Source: an uncultured Planctomycetota bacterium (GTDB taxonomy: Bacteria; Planctomycetota; Planctomycetia; Gemmatales; Gemmataceae). Taken from it: a stretch of 64,000 nt of DNA. Position 1 is the stretch's first letter. The number at the start of each line of letters is the position of its first letter. Where the stretch lies: the NCBI GenBank assembly GCA_963849325.1, contig CAWKHF010000006.1, positions 128,001-192,000 of the forward strand, written 5' to 3'. The notes beneath the pieces were generated by a model, which saw only the letters and a list, made by a program, of their open reading frames with translations, ran no database searches and was not told where the DNA came from. Shown piece by piece: positions 1-10,739 of the stretch. Both the position numbers and the translations under genes were made by a program.

Positions 1-351
1 TGGTTGCGGTTTGGGAGGGACCGGCGCGTCCTCGCGCGGCCGCGGCGGCAGTTCGTCTTCCAGCTCGTCCAGGAACAGCCGGGGCGGCGGCACCACCAGG
101 ATGGGCGGGGGTGGGTAGAGGATCGTCATCTGTCGGTAGCTGTAGCCGAGTGGACCGAGGCGGAAGCCCGGCCCGTAAACGCCGCCGAGCGAGATGGCCA
201 CGCGGACGCGCGGCCGGAGGATGCCGAACCCGATGCCACCATAGCCGATCCCGCCGTAGCCGTAGCCGCCGGGCAACAGCAGCTGCGCCCGCGAGGGCAC
301 GGCCCCGAGAGCGAGGGCCGCCAACGCCAGCAAGCAACGGATGCGCGTCAT
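1..351 (-). CDS. Secreted Gly/Pro-rich hypothetical protein, partial (runs off window start)
   Basis: Manual translation from ATG at 351: MTRIRCLLALAALALGAVPSRAQLLLPGGYGYGGIGYGG...; signal-peptide-like N-terminus; AAGGA upstream; open to position 1. Confidence 0.7.
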   Translation of the reverse strand, partial: MTRIRCLLALAALALGAVPSRAQLLLPGGYGYGGIGYGGIGFGILRPRVRVAISLGGVYGPGFRLGPLGYSYRQMTILYPPPPILVVPPPRLFLDELEDELPPRPREDAPVPPKPQP

Positions 352-516
352 GGCGGGTCCGTCCTTTCGTGTCGATCCTCTTTGTTCCGGAGTGCCGGCG
401 CGGGGCCGGCGCGAGGGAGCTGCTTCTTCCGCAATTATCGACGGCGCCGCAGTCCCATGCAAGGCAGAAGTGGAAAAGGGGGATGGGCAAGGTGCGTGCG
501 CGGATTGCGGTAGTCG

Positions 517-641
517 CCCTCGTTCCCAAGCTCTGCTTGGGAACGCACGTCGGGAAGCTCTGCTTCCCGTCCAAGCATGGGGCCGACCCCGAAGCAGAGC
601 TTCGCATCCGTGCGTTCCCAAGCAGAGCTTGGGAACGAGGG
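517..641. repeat. Composite palindromic (REP/BIME-like) element
   Basis: Perfect 33-bp inverted repeat CCCTCGTTCCCAAGCTCTGCTTGGGAACGCACG at 517-549 and 609-641; inner GAAGCTCTGCTTC/GAAGCAGAGCTTC units. Confidence 0.85.
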
Positions 642-918
642 ACTGCGTATTGATTTCTCTCAAAATGTCAACCCAAAAAATAGTTACAAATCCGTAGGTT
701 GATGAGATCAAAATGAGAAAAGGACAGCAAACTTACCGAACCGTACTCCAAGCTGAGCCATGACTTGAGGAAAAAATCGAAAAAATCAAAAAATCCTTGT
801 CCGATTTGAAGCGCCGATTTCGATGGAATAAGTAGGGCCGATGGAAACGCCGTCCGGTGTTTTCCTCCCTTCCGGCCCGTGACGCACCCCCTACAGACCC
901 GCACCGTGAGGTAAACCC

Positions 919-1667
919 ATGAGCCCGCCGTTCCGTTCCGCGCCTCGAATCGTCCTCCCTTCGTTTGCCGCCTTCCTCCAGGGGCAGGCGTTGCGCCTGC
1001 TGCGTGCGGCCTGGGACGCGGCCCGGGCCGAGGGCCGCGACGTTTGGCAGTTCGCCGTGGAGATCGGCCAACTCCGCGCCCTGGGACTGAGTTCACACGG
1101 ACCTGCGCCGCCTGCTGTGCCGCGGCTACCTGCGCATGCCCGCGAACGCACGCGCTTGGGGACCGGCCAACGCGCCTTCCGCGCTCTCGATAGCCTGGTC
1201 CTGCCGAGCCGAACTTGCTTCGTACTGACCGAGGAGGGACGGAGGGCCGTCTCCGCTCTGGCCGTCGAGGGGGAGATGGACGCGCATCCCTTCGGAGTGG
1301 TGCCGCGCTGGACGGCGCGACGCGGCGGTTGTCGTGGCAGGGTTGCCTCATCAAACAGTTCCAAAAGGTTGCGGCCAACCAGGAGAGAGTGCTGGCCGTG
1401 CTGGAGGAGGAGGGTTGGCCGCCGTGCGTCGATGATCCGCTGCCGCCGGTTCGGGGCATCGATCCCAAGGTCCGCCTGCACGACACGATCAAGGCCCTCA
1501 ACCGGAGCCATCGGCTGCGGATCATCTCCTTCCGTGGCGACGGCAGTGGTCGGGGCATTCGCTGGGACTACTGGAAACCGGAGCTTCCCCCAACTTCCCC
1601 CCAAGCGCCCCTTGAGGATCCCACGGAGGCCGAGAACAAGCCGCGAGGTCCGGTTTCCGAGCGGTAA
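919..1667 (+). CDS. Hypothetical protein, possible C-terminal winged-helix DNA-binding region (frameshifted)
   Basis: Joins ORF 919 frame (GRDVWQFAVEIGQL...) to ORF 1215-1667 frame (...NQERVLAVLEEEGWPPCVDDPLPP...RLHDTIKALN). Confidence 0.5.
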
Positions 1668-1842
1668 GCGGCCGTCCAACCAAAAGTCCCCATTTCGCCG
1701 AAGGCCGCGACCGGACACCTTTTCTCTCCCTTGTTCCTTTTCCGGCGGCACGGCGGCGAGTAAGTTGGACGAATGGAAAAAATGCGTCCTCGGGAGAGAC
1801 GATTCGCTCGCGTCCGCACTTAACTATAGTATGAGCGCTGTC

Positions 1843-2478
1843 ATGAGCGATAATTCCGGCGAGGTTTCCGATCTGCTCCAACGAGCCGCCGCGGAGGATG
1901 CGGAGGCCCTACGGGAATTATTCTCCCGTTATCGCGATCGGCTCAAACGGATGGTCCACCTGCGTCTGAGCCGCCGGCTGTCGGGACGGGTGGACGATTC
2001 GGACGTGGTGCAGGAAGCGTTTCTGGAGATCAGCCGAAAATTGCCGGAATACGCGCGGGCGCCGCAGATGCCGTTGTTTCTGTGGCTGCGACACATGACC
2101 GGCCTGAAGTTGACGGAAATCCATCGCCGTCATCTGGGGACGCAGCTGCGCGATGCCGACCGCGAGGTCTCGCTGCATCGCGGCGGACTGCCCGAGGCCG
2201 ACTCCGTATCACTGGCGGCGCAACTGCTCGGCAAATTGACGACGCCCTCGCAGGCCGCCATCAAGGCCGAGCAGCGCATTTACGTCCAGGAAGCGCTCAA
2301 CAGCATGGACCCCCTTGACCGGGAAGTGCTGGCGCTGAAGCACTTCGAGCAGCTCAGTACCAGCGAAATCGCCCAGGTGCTGGGGCTGTCCAAGGCCGGC
2401 GCCGGCAGCCGTTATCTCCGCGCGATCAAACGGCTGCGCGAGATCCTCGAGCGCATTCCCGGTTTTCGGGACCTGTAA
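1843..2478 (+). CDS. ECF RNA polymerase sigma-70 factor, Planctomycete type
   Basis: Region 2 (RYRDRLKRMVHLRL...RVDDSDVVQEAF) and region 4 (DREVLALKHFEQLSTSEIAQVLG); alternative start 1831. Confidence 0.92.
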   Translation: MSDNSGEVSDLLQRAAAEDAEALRELFSRYRDRLKRMVHLRLSRRLSGRVDDSDVVQEAFLEISRKLPEYARAPQMPLFLWLRHMTGLKLTEIHRRHLGTQLRDADREVSLHRGGLPEADSVSLAAQLLGKLTTPSQAAIKAEQRIYVQEALNSMDPLDREVLALKHFEQLSTSEIAQVLGLSKAGAGSRYLRAIKRLREILERIPGFRDL

Positions 2479-2550
2479 CCACCACGGACAGCGACAGAGG
2501 CGGATTCCCTGCTAACCGTTCGTTCGCTCCATCAATGGGGAGGGGGCCGT

Positions 2551-5500
2551 ATGTCCGCATCGGAATCGCGTTCCGCGGTCGTGCTGGAATTGGCGGAGGA
2601 GTTTCTGGAACGCTACCGCCAGGGACAACGGCCGTCCCTCAAGGAATACATCGACCGCCATCCCGAGCTGGCCGCCGACATCAAGGACGTGTTCCCGGCC
2701 ATGGCCCTGATGGAGAACGTCGCCCTGGCCGATGAATCTCTGGCCGACGAGGCCACCGGGCCGGCCCCGACGACCGGGGCCGCGCCGCCGACGCAACTGG
2801 GCGATTATCGCATCCTCCGCGAGGTCGGCCGAGGCGGAATGGGCATCGTCTACGAGGCCGAGCAGATCTCGCTGGGACGCCACGTCGCGCTGAAAGTCCT
2901 GCCGCGCAAAATGTTCGTCGATGCCCAGCAACGACGGCGTTTCGAGCGCGAGTCCAAGGCGGCGGCCCGGCTGCACCACACCAACATCGTGCCGGTCTTC
3001 GGCGTCGGCGAGCACGAGGGCTTGCCCTATTACGTCATGCAGTTCATTCAAGGGCTGGGACTGGATGACGTGCTCGACGAGCTGAAACGCATGCACGGCG
3101 GCACGCCGACGGCGACGGGCGGCGAACTGCGTGTCGGACGCAAGGACGTGTCGGCGGCGGACGCGGCCCACTCGCTCCTGACCGGCGCCTTCCAGGAGCC
3201 GAGCGGGGGGCGTCAGCCCCCGGAGTTTCGCCCCTCTCAGGGGGCTGACGCCCCCCGCTCCACCGAGGGCAGCACCGACAAACTGTCCGATTCGTTCACC
3301 TTGTCATCGTCGGCGGTGAAGCTGCCCGGCTCGGGCGGGGTCGCGCACAGCAAGGGCAAGAAGGCGAGTTACGGACAGAGCGTGGCCCGGATCGGCGTGC
3401 AGGTGGCCGACGCTCTGGAATACGCCCACAAGCAGGGCATTCAGCACCGCGACATCAAGCCCTCCAATCTGCTCCTGGACACGCGCGGCACCGTCTGGGT
3501 GACGGACTTCGGCCTGGCCCGGGCCGACAGCGAGGACCATCTGACGCAGACCGGCGACATTGTCGGCACGCTGCGCTACATGCCGCCGGAGGCCTTCGAG
3601 GGGCGAGCGGACAAGCGCGGCGACATCTATTCGCTGGGTTTGACGCTGTACGAATTGCTGGCGCTCCAGCCGGCCTTTGCGGAACGAGACCGCCATCGGC
3701 TCATCAAGCTCGTGACGACGGAAGAGCCGGCGCGGTTGGACAAGCTGAACCGGGCCATCCCGCGCGACCTGGTGACGATCGTCCACAAGGCCATCGACCG
3801 CGAGCCGTCCCGTCGTTATGCGACGGCCGGCGAGCTGGCGGCCGATTTGCAGCGCTTTCTCGACGATGAGCCGATCCGGGCGCGGCGTATTTCGTTCGTG
3901 GAGCGCTTCGGGCGATGGTGCCGCCATCATCCGGGCGTGGCGACGCTGACGACGACGCTGGCCGCGATCCTTCTCGCCGTCACGATGGCCTCGGTTTTCG
4001 CGGCGGCCCGCTTCGATGGGCTGGCCCGCGAGCAAGCGACGGCGGCGGAGAACGAACGGCAGGCGCGGCGCGAGGCCGAGGAAGCCAAGGAACACGAGGC
4101 GGCACTGCGCAAACAAGCGGAGAGCAATCTGCGCGAGGCGGAACGGCAAAAGCAACGAGCCGACGCCAACTTCGCCAAGGCCCAGAAGGCGGTGGACGAT
4201 TATTTCACCACGGTCAGCGATAGCCACCTGCTGCGCGCCGCGGGCATGCAGCCGCTCCGCCGCGACTTGCTGCAATCGGCGCTGGCGTTTTACCAGGACT
4301 TCCTCAAGGAGCGCGGCGACGATCCGGCCCTGCGCGGCGACCTGGCGGCGGCCTTTCTGCGCGTGGGCAAGATTCGCCTGGAGCTGGGCGAAAGGGCCGC
4401 GTCAGGCAAAGCCTACGCGCAGGCGCGGCAGCTGTACGAGGCGCTGACCAGGGCCGCGCCCGAGTCCGTCGAGTGGCGGCACGGCCTGGCCCAGTCCTAT
4501 TACGGTCTGGGCCGCAATGACGAGGCCATCGCTCTGTGGCAGAAGCTGGTCCAACCCGATCAGTCCCGCTTCCAGAAGGAGCTGGCCGATGCCTATCACA
4601 TTCGGGCGTCCAGGTATCAGAAAGAGGGCAAGATCGCCGAGGCGTTGCAGGTACGCCAGCAGATCCTGCCTATCCGGGAAAGGCTGCTCCGTCTCCACCC
4701 CGACGACCCCGACGCCCAGCGCGACCTGGGCGGGGCGCTGAGCAACCTGGGCGGCCTCCTGCTCCGAAACGGACGGCTCGCGGAGACGCTGACGCTGTTT
4801 CGTCGAGCCGCCGATCACGCCGAAGCCGCCTTTGCCCGCGCGCCGCAGGTGATCGCCAATGGAACGTTCCTCGTTCTTTGCCAGAACTGGATCGCCTTCC
4901 TCGAACAACATTTCGGACGAGAGAAAGAGGCGCTGGCGGCCTTCCGGCGCGGCCTGGAAGTAGCGCGGAAAGTGGCGCGAGACAATCCGGCGGTCCCGCA
5001 AGCACAGAGCTACCTGTTCCGATCCTACAGCTACCTGGCGCACTACCAGCGCGAACTGAAACAAACCGAGCAGGCGGAACGGAACATGAGGCTGGCCCGC
5101 GAAGTCGGCGAGCGCTTGCCCAGCGACAGTCCCTTCGACCTGTATAACCTGGCCTGCTACCGGGCCCTCTGTTCGACCTCCTTCCGCCAGGGCAACGAGA
5201 AAGCGACGGCCGAGGAGCAGGCCGAGCAAAAGCGCGAGGCGGACCTGGCGATGGAGACGTTACGCAAGGCCGTCGCCGCCGGCTATCAGGAACTGGAGTG
5301 GATTCGCCAGGATTCGGACCTGAACGTGCTGCGCAGCCGAGCGGACTTCAAGGCCCTGGAAGCGGACCTCGCCGCCCGCCTGGCCAAGCCGCCGGACAAG
5401 CTCAAGGCGAACGAGCAGACCCTGGCCCTGCGTCAGAAGTTGGTGGAGGCCGATCCCAAAAACAAGCAGCTTCGCGCCGACCTGGCCGCCAGCCAGCACG

Positions 5501-8082
5501 CCATCGCCCTCATTCAGCTCGACCTCGGCAAGACGGACGAAGCACAAAAGCAACTGCAACAGGCCATCGCCCTGCGCGAAGCCCTGGTCCAGGACGAGCC
5601 AAAGAATGCCCAATACCAGGCGGACCTGGCGGTGAGCCGCTTCGCCCTGGGTGAGTTTCATTGGCAGTCCGGCCGGCTGGCCGAGGCCGCCAGGACGTGG
5701 CAGCGCCAGCTGGACGCTCTGGAAGCGGCCACGCGCCAGGCACCCGATCACTCCTCCTTCACCAGCCAGCTTGTCGCCATGCGGCGAACCGTCGGCGAAC
5801 ATTACGCGCGGGCCGGGCTGTTCCCCGATGCGGCTGCCCAATTCGACCGTCTGATCCAATGGGAAGGAGCGAGCGAGGAGGACTATTACAATGCGGCCTG
5901 CCTGGCGCTGCGGGCCGGCGATGCCGCCGCTTATCGCCGAAACTGTGAGGCCATGGCCAAACGATTTGCGGACGCCACGGAAGGGAGCCACGGTCGCATG
6001 TTGGTCTGGGCCGGCGGTCTCGCGGACAACTCCGGCGTGGATAGTTCGCAACTGCTCAAGCGCGTGAGCGTCACGACGGAAACGAACACGGCCCGCGAGC
6101 GTTGGTGGCATCTCGTGCTTGCGCTGACTCATTACCGGGCCGGCCGGTTCGCCGAAGCGATTGCCCATGCGAACCAATCGACGGCCCCCAATCCGAGTTG
6201 GATGAGCAAGCTCCAGAGCTGGCCGGTGCTGGCGATGGCGCATCACCGCCTCGGACACGCCGCCGAGTCGCGGAAATGGCTGGACCAATCGCTCGCGGAA
6301 TGGCGCCGCCTCAGTCCTCTGCTGCGTTCTCCCGACAGCCGGATCGTCCTTCCGTCTACTTCGGGAGACTGGAACAAGTACTGGCACGATTGGCTGACAT
6401 TTGAGGTCCTTCTCCGCGAGGCATCCCTGTTGATTGCGGGCGTCGCGCCGGTGGCAGAGGCTCACGACCATGCCCATCGCAGCTTGCTCTACCGCCAGCT
6501 CGGCGAGAGCGCGAAGGCCGAGGCCGAATGGCAGACGGCCATCCGGCTCGCGCCGCGCGAGCCGGCGATGTGGCTGGCGCGGGCGCGCGTCTTCGCTCAG
6601 CTGGGTCAACACGATAAGGCCGACGCCGACTTCGCCAGGGCCGCCGCCCTGACGCCCGAGGAGCTGGATCGCTTTCCCCAGGCCGGCTGGTGGGTGGTGG
6701 GGCCGTATCCGGAAGACCTCAAACGGCCCTGTCCACCGGAAAAGGAGCCGGACCCGTCCCGTCCCGTCGCCGCCGCCGAGGGCGCCAAGGAATACCATTG
6801 GCAGCCGGCCCCCACGGAGCCGGCCGGCTTGGTGGATCTGTGGAAGTTCTTCAAGGCGAAACACATCTCGGCCTACGCTCTGACCTACGTGTATTCGCCC
6901 AAGGAGCGGACGGCGCTGCTGATGGTCGGCGGAGACGACCGAGTTCGCGTCTGGCTCAATGGCCGACTGTTTCACGAAAGAAATCAAGCGCTCGGTGCGG
7001 CCTGGGAGCCGGACCTTGTTCCGGTGACGCTCAAAGCCGGCCGGAATGTCTTGTTGTGCAAAGTGAGCCAAGTTGTCGGCAACCACTATTTGTTCTTGCG
7101 GATCGGCGACAACCCCATCGATCGCGCCATTGTTCGCGCCAAGCTGGGCTTGTGGGAGGAGGCCGCTGCCCTGTTCGAGCGCGGCATCGACCGGCACTCG
7201 TCTGTGGAACTCGATTGCCGGTATTGCCAGACCCATCTGCTCGTGGGCGACACGGCCGCTTATCGCCGCCGCCTGGACCGCATGTTGGAGCTTTACGACC
7301 AGAACAACATCGCCTGGGCCTGGTTAGCTTACGTGGGGGGAATGGTGGACAGCGCGGTCAAACCCCTGCGGCTGGTGGAGCTGGCAGAGCATGGCCTGGA
7401 GCGCAACAACAACGGCTTTGCTTTCCATGCCGCCGGACTCGCCCACTACCGTGCCGGCCAATGGGATCGAGCCATCGAGCGGTTTGAAGAGAGCTTGAAA
7501 AATCCCCGCTGGCAAGTCGCGGGGGGCCATGCCTCCGAATTCGGGTTGGCCCTGACCCACCACCGCCTGGGCCATGCCCAGCAAGCCCGCCAATGGTTCG
7601 ACAAGGCCGAGCAATGGTACGACAAGGCGATGGAGCAGGCGCGCGCTTCCTCCCCCCGCTCCGCGACGCTCTTTAACTGGGCGGATTGGCCGAATTTCGT
7701 CCTTCTCCGCCGCGAGGCCCACAAGGTAATCCTGGGGACGGAACCCGCGGACGATCCGCGTTTGAAGCAATTAACCGACAGGATGCGCGACTGGCTCCAG
7801 AAGCGCGATCCGGCCACGGTCGATTACGACGTGGCGATTTCCCTGCACTCCTGGCAACCGCGTCTGCGGCTGGCGCACGGCCGCCGCCTGGCCGAGCTGA
7901 AACGCTACAAGGAAGCCGAAGCCGACCTGAATTTGGCCGTGCAGCGCCAACCCGACGATCCGGAAGTGTGGAAAGCACGCGGACAGATTTACGCCGAGAC
8001 CGGACAGAAGGACAAGGCCGCCGCGGACTTTCACCAGGCCCAAACGCTGATCGAACAACACAAAGCCGAGCCGAAGAAGTGA
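2551..8082 (+). CDS. Hanks-type Ser/Thr protein kinase with TM helix, TPR repeats and a beta-sandwich (PA14-like) insert
   Basis: GRGGMGIVY, VALK, HRDIKPSN, DFG, GTLRYMPPE motifs; hydrophobic segment; many TPR-like repeats; AYALTYVYSP...GGDDRVRVWLNG domain. Confidence 0.93.
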   Translation: MSASESRSAVVLELAEEFLERYRQGQRPSLKEYIDRHPELAADIKDVFPAMALMENVALADESLADEATGPAPTTGAAPPTQLGDYRILREVGRGGMGIVYEAEQISLGRHVALKVLPRKMFVDAQQRRRFERESKAAARLHHTNIVPVFGVGEHEGLPYYVMQFIQGLGLDDVLDELKRMHGGTPTATGGELRVGRKDVSAADAAHSLLTGAFQEPSGGRQPPEFRPSQGADAPRSTEGSTDKLSDSFTLSSSAVKLPGSGGVAHSKGKKASYGQSVARIGVQVADALEYAHKQGIQHRDIKPSNLLLDTRGTVWVTDFGLARADSEDHLTQTGDIVGTLRYMPPEAFEGRADKRGDIYSLGLTLYELLALQPAFAERDRHRLIKLVTTEEPARLDKLNRAIPRDLVTIVHKAIDREPSRRYATAGELAADLQRFLDDEPIRARRISFVERFGRWCRHHPGVATLTTTLAAILLAVTMASVFAAARFDGLAREQATAAENERQARREAEEAKEHEAALRKQAESNLREAERQKQRADANFAKAQKAVDDYFTTVSDSHLLRAAGMQPLRRDLLQSALAFYQDFLKERGDDPALRGDLAAAFLRVGKIRLELGERAASGKAYAQARQLYEALTRAAPESVEWRHGLAQSYYGLGRNDEAIALWQKLVQPDQSRFQKELADAYHIRASRYQKEGKIAEALQVRQQILPIRERLLRLHPDDPDAQRDLGGALSNLGGLLLRNGRLAETLTLFRRAADHAEAAFARAPQVIANGTFLVLCQNWIAFLEQHFGREKEALAAFRRGLEVARKVARDNPAVPQAQSYLFRSYSYLAHYQRELKQTEQAERNMRLAREVGERLPSDSPFDLYNLACYRALCSTSFRQGNEKATAEEQAEQKREADLAMETLRKAVAAGYQELEWIRQDSDLNVLRSRADFKALEADLAARLAKPPDKLKANEQTLALRQKLVEADPKNKQLRADLAASQHAIALIQLDLGKTDEAQKQLQQAIALREALVQDEPKNAQYQADLAVSRFALGEFHWQSGRLAEAARTWQRQLDALEAATRQAPDHSSFTSQLVAMRRTVGEHYARAGLFPDAAAQFDRLIQWEGASEEDYYNAACLALRAGDAAAYRRNCEAMAKRFADATEGSHGRMLVWAGGLADNSGVDSSQLLKRVSVTTETNTARERWWHLVLALTHYRAGRFAEAIAHANQSTAPNPSWMSKLQSWPVLAMAHHRLGHAAESRKWLDQSLAEWRRLSPLLRSPDSRIVLPSTSGDWNKYWHDWLTFEVLLREASLLIAGVAPVAEAHDHAHRSLLYRQLGESAKAEAEWQTAIRLAPREPAMWLARARVFAQLGQHDKADADFARAAALTPEELDRFPQAGWWVVGPYPEDLKRPCPPEKEPDPSRPVAAAEGAKEYHWQPAPTEPAGLVDLWKFFKAKHISAYALTYVYSPKERTALLMVGGDDRVRVWLNGRLFHERNQALGAAWEPDLVPVTLKAGRNVLLCKVSQVVGNHYLFLRIGDNPIDRAIVRAKLGLWEEAAALFERGIDRHSSVELDCRYCQTHLLVGDTAAYRRRLDRMLELYDQNNIAWAWLAYVGGMVDSAVKPLRLVELAEHGLERNNNGFAFHAAGLAHYRAGQWDRAIERFEESLKNPRWQVAGGHASEFGLALTHHRLGHAQQARQWFDKAEQWYDKAMEQARASSPRSATLFNWADWPNFVLLRREAHKVILGTEPADDPRLKQLTDRMRDWLQKRDPATVDYDVAISLHSWQPRLRLAHGRRLAELKRYKEAEADLNLAVQRQPDDPEVWKARGQIYAETGQKDKAAADFHQAQTLIEQHKAEPKK
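3201..3260. repeat. Palindromic element inside the kinase CDS
   Basis: Perfect 21-bp inverted repeat GAGCGGGGGGCGTCAGCCCCC / GGGGGCTGACGCCCCCCGCTC with 18-nt spacer; 60 nt total. Confidence 0.8.
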
Positions 8083-8102
8083 TGCGCGGAAAGGACGATC
8101 TT

Positions 8103-8157
8103 TCGGAGCCCGCGGCGTCAGCGAGGGTCATTCCCTCGCTGACGCCGCGGGCTCCGA
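8103..8157. repeat. REP-like palindrome between convergent genes (possible terminator)
   Basis: 25-bp perfect inverted repeat TCGGAGCCCGCGGCGTCAGCGAGGG, 5-nt loop. Confidence 0.85.
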
Positions 8158-8179
8158 CAACACCTCGTTGGCTCCGGCC

Positions 8180-10702
8180 CTAGGCGCCGTGATAATCGAT
8201 GTCCTTGACCTCCAGCGCGTATTTCTGGATGAAATCGCGGCGCGGCTCGACCTTCTCGCCCATCAGCATGCGGAACATCTCATCCGCCTTCAGCGCGTCG
8301 TCCAGCTGCACCTTGAGCAGGATGCGCTTGTCGGGGTCCAGCGTCGTCTCCCACAGCTCTTCGGGGTCCATCTCGCCCAGTCCCTTGAAGCGCGTGATCG
8401 ACAGGCCGCGCTCGCCCAGTTTGCGGACCTCGACGATCAGCTCGCGCAGGGTGGCCAGCAGACGGCGTTGTTCGCCGTTCTCCAGCACCAGTCGCGGCGG
8501 CGGCTCGCGGCCGGCCAGGCGCGGCGCCGGCACCAGATCGCTCGGCTTCAGGCCGAAGCGCTCGCAGCTCCGTCAGACCGCGATTGACCTCGGGCACCTC
8601 GTGCAGTTCCTGTTCGTACAGGACTTCGCCGTGGCCGTTGCCGCTGCGCCGGCGTCTCGTCGCCCACCACCAGTTCGCGGCCCAGACGTTCTTCCTCCGC
8701 TGGCGGAACGCGTCCACCTCCTCGCGGCTGTAACACCATTCGATCGTGGCTGCCCAGCAGCACGCGATAGCGCGGCAATCCGCCGGCGCCGTTGCGGGCC
8801 AAGAACTCGCGCAGGTTCAGGCCACGCCGCTCCAGCGTTTGCAGCGCTCCCTCCAGCCGGTTCAGCACTTGCAACAGCGCCGACAGCTCGCCGGCTTGCA
8901 GCACGCGCGGCGGCGTATCGCCCTCCGCCGGCGGCGGCAGCACACTCAGCCGCGTGTCGCGCAAGCCCGCGGTCGATCAGCTCGCGCTGCATCTCCTCGG
9001 CCGTCTGCACGAAGCGCACGTGCTTCTTCTGCGTCACCTTGTACAGCGGCGGCCGGGCCACGTAGATGTGGCCGTCGGCCACCAGGCGCGGCATCTGCCG
9101 ATAGAAGAACGTCAGCAGCAGCGTGCGGATGTGCTGGCCGTCCACGTCGGCGTCGGTCAGAATGATGACCTTGTCGTAGCGCAAATTCTTGAGATTATCG
9201 TCCTCGCTGTTGCCGATGTCGATGCCGATGGCGGAGATGAGGCTGCAAATCTCGTCGTTTTTCAGCAGGTTCTCGACACGGGCCTTCTCGACGTTGAGCG
9301 GCTTGCCGCGCAGCGGCAGGATGGCCTGGAACTTGCGGTCGCGGCCGGTCTCGGCCGAGCCGCCGGCCGAGTCGCCCTCCACCAGAAACAGTTCCGAGGC
9401 GTCGCGGTCGCGCTCGGTGCAGTCGAACAGCTTGCCCGGCAGACCGCCGCCGGACAGGATGCTCTTGCGGTCCTTCAGCGCCTTCTTGGCCTTGGCCGCC
9501 GCCTCGCGCGCCTCGGCCGCCAACGTCACCTTCTTCATGATCCGCTGGGCGTCCTTGGGGTTCTCCTCCAGGTACTTCGCCAGCTGTTCGTTGACGACGC
9601 TGGTGACGATGCCTTCGACCTCGGGGTTGTTCAGGCGGATCTTGTTCTGCGACTCGAACTGCGGCTCGGGGCACTGCACGCTGACGATGGCCGTCAGGCC
9701 CTCGCGGAAGTCCTCGCCGATGGGCGAGACGTTCTTGAACAATTCTTCCTTGCCGCCGTAGGTGTTGAGCGTGCGCGTCAGGGCCGCGCGGAAGCCGGAC
9801 AGGTGCGTGCCGCCGACCGGGTTGTAGGCGTTGTTGGCGTAGCAGCGCACGCGCTCCTCGTCGCTGGTCGTGTACTGCAGCGCCACCTCGACGCGGACGT
9901 CGTCCACCATCTTTTCGATGTAGATGGGCTTGTGCAGCACTTCCTCGGAGCGGTTGAGATAGGCGACGAACTCGGCGATGCCGCCGTCGTACTTGAACGT
10001 CTCTTCCTTGCCGGTGCGCTTGTCGATCAGCTGGAAGGCCAGCCCCTTGTTGAGGAAGGCCAGCTCGCGCAGGCGCACTTCCAGGGTGTCGTAGTCGAAG
10101 CGCGTCTCGTTGAAGATTTCGGGGTCGGGCTTGAAGGTGACGAGGGTGCCGGTGCCCTTGGCGGCGCCGATGTCCTTGACCTCGGTGATGGCCTTGCCGC
10201 GCTCGTATTCCTGCTTGTAGACGCGGCCGTTGCGGCGCACCTCGGCCTCGGTCCATTCGCTCAGGGCGGTGACCGCCTTGGCGCCCATGCCGTGCAGGCC
10301 GGCCGACACCTTGTACGATTCTTGTCGAACTTGGCGCCGGCGCCGACGGTGGTCAGCACCACTTCCAGCGTCGGCCGCTTGGCGTCGGGGTGCTCCTCGA
10401 CGGGGATGCCGCGGCCGTCGTCGGTGACGCTGATGCTGCCGTCCACGTTGATCTTGACCTGGATGTTGTGGCAGTGGCCCGCCAGTGCTTCGTCGACGCT
10501 GTTGTAGACCAGCTCGTAGACGAGGTGGTGCAGGCCGCTGGAGCCGGTGTCGCCGATGTACATGCCGGGGCGGCGGCGGATGTGGTCGGCGTCGCGCAGG
10601 ATCTGCACGTTGCTCGCCGCCGTAATCCTCGGAGGCGATCAACGTCGCCTGTTCCTCGGCGGTCAGAGCTTTGTCGGCGATCCCAACATTTTCTTCGTTC
10701 AT
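8180..10702 (-). CDS. gyrB: DNA gyrase subunit B (several apparent indel errors)
   Basis: [67 protein letters not shown] spread across frames; long insertion before the C-terminal tail. Confidence 0.96.
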
Positions 10703-10739
10703 CGGTGTGTCCTCACAAATCGGCGGTCGGCCGCCGCGT

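Noticed and set aside
769-797. AAAAAATC x3 as a functional repeat
   Set aside because: Short A-tracts in an AT-rich promoter region; nothing further supports a distinct element.
919-2478. 519-aa fusion of an unknown domain to the ECF sigma factor
   Set aside because: The middle of the ORF is off-frame; the upstream gene ends at 1667 in another frame and sigma homology starts near 1843.
3304-10507. Long antisense ORFs (e.g. 5260-7236, 8792-10507)
   Set aside because: Shadow frames expected from high-GC codon bias opposite real genes.
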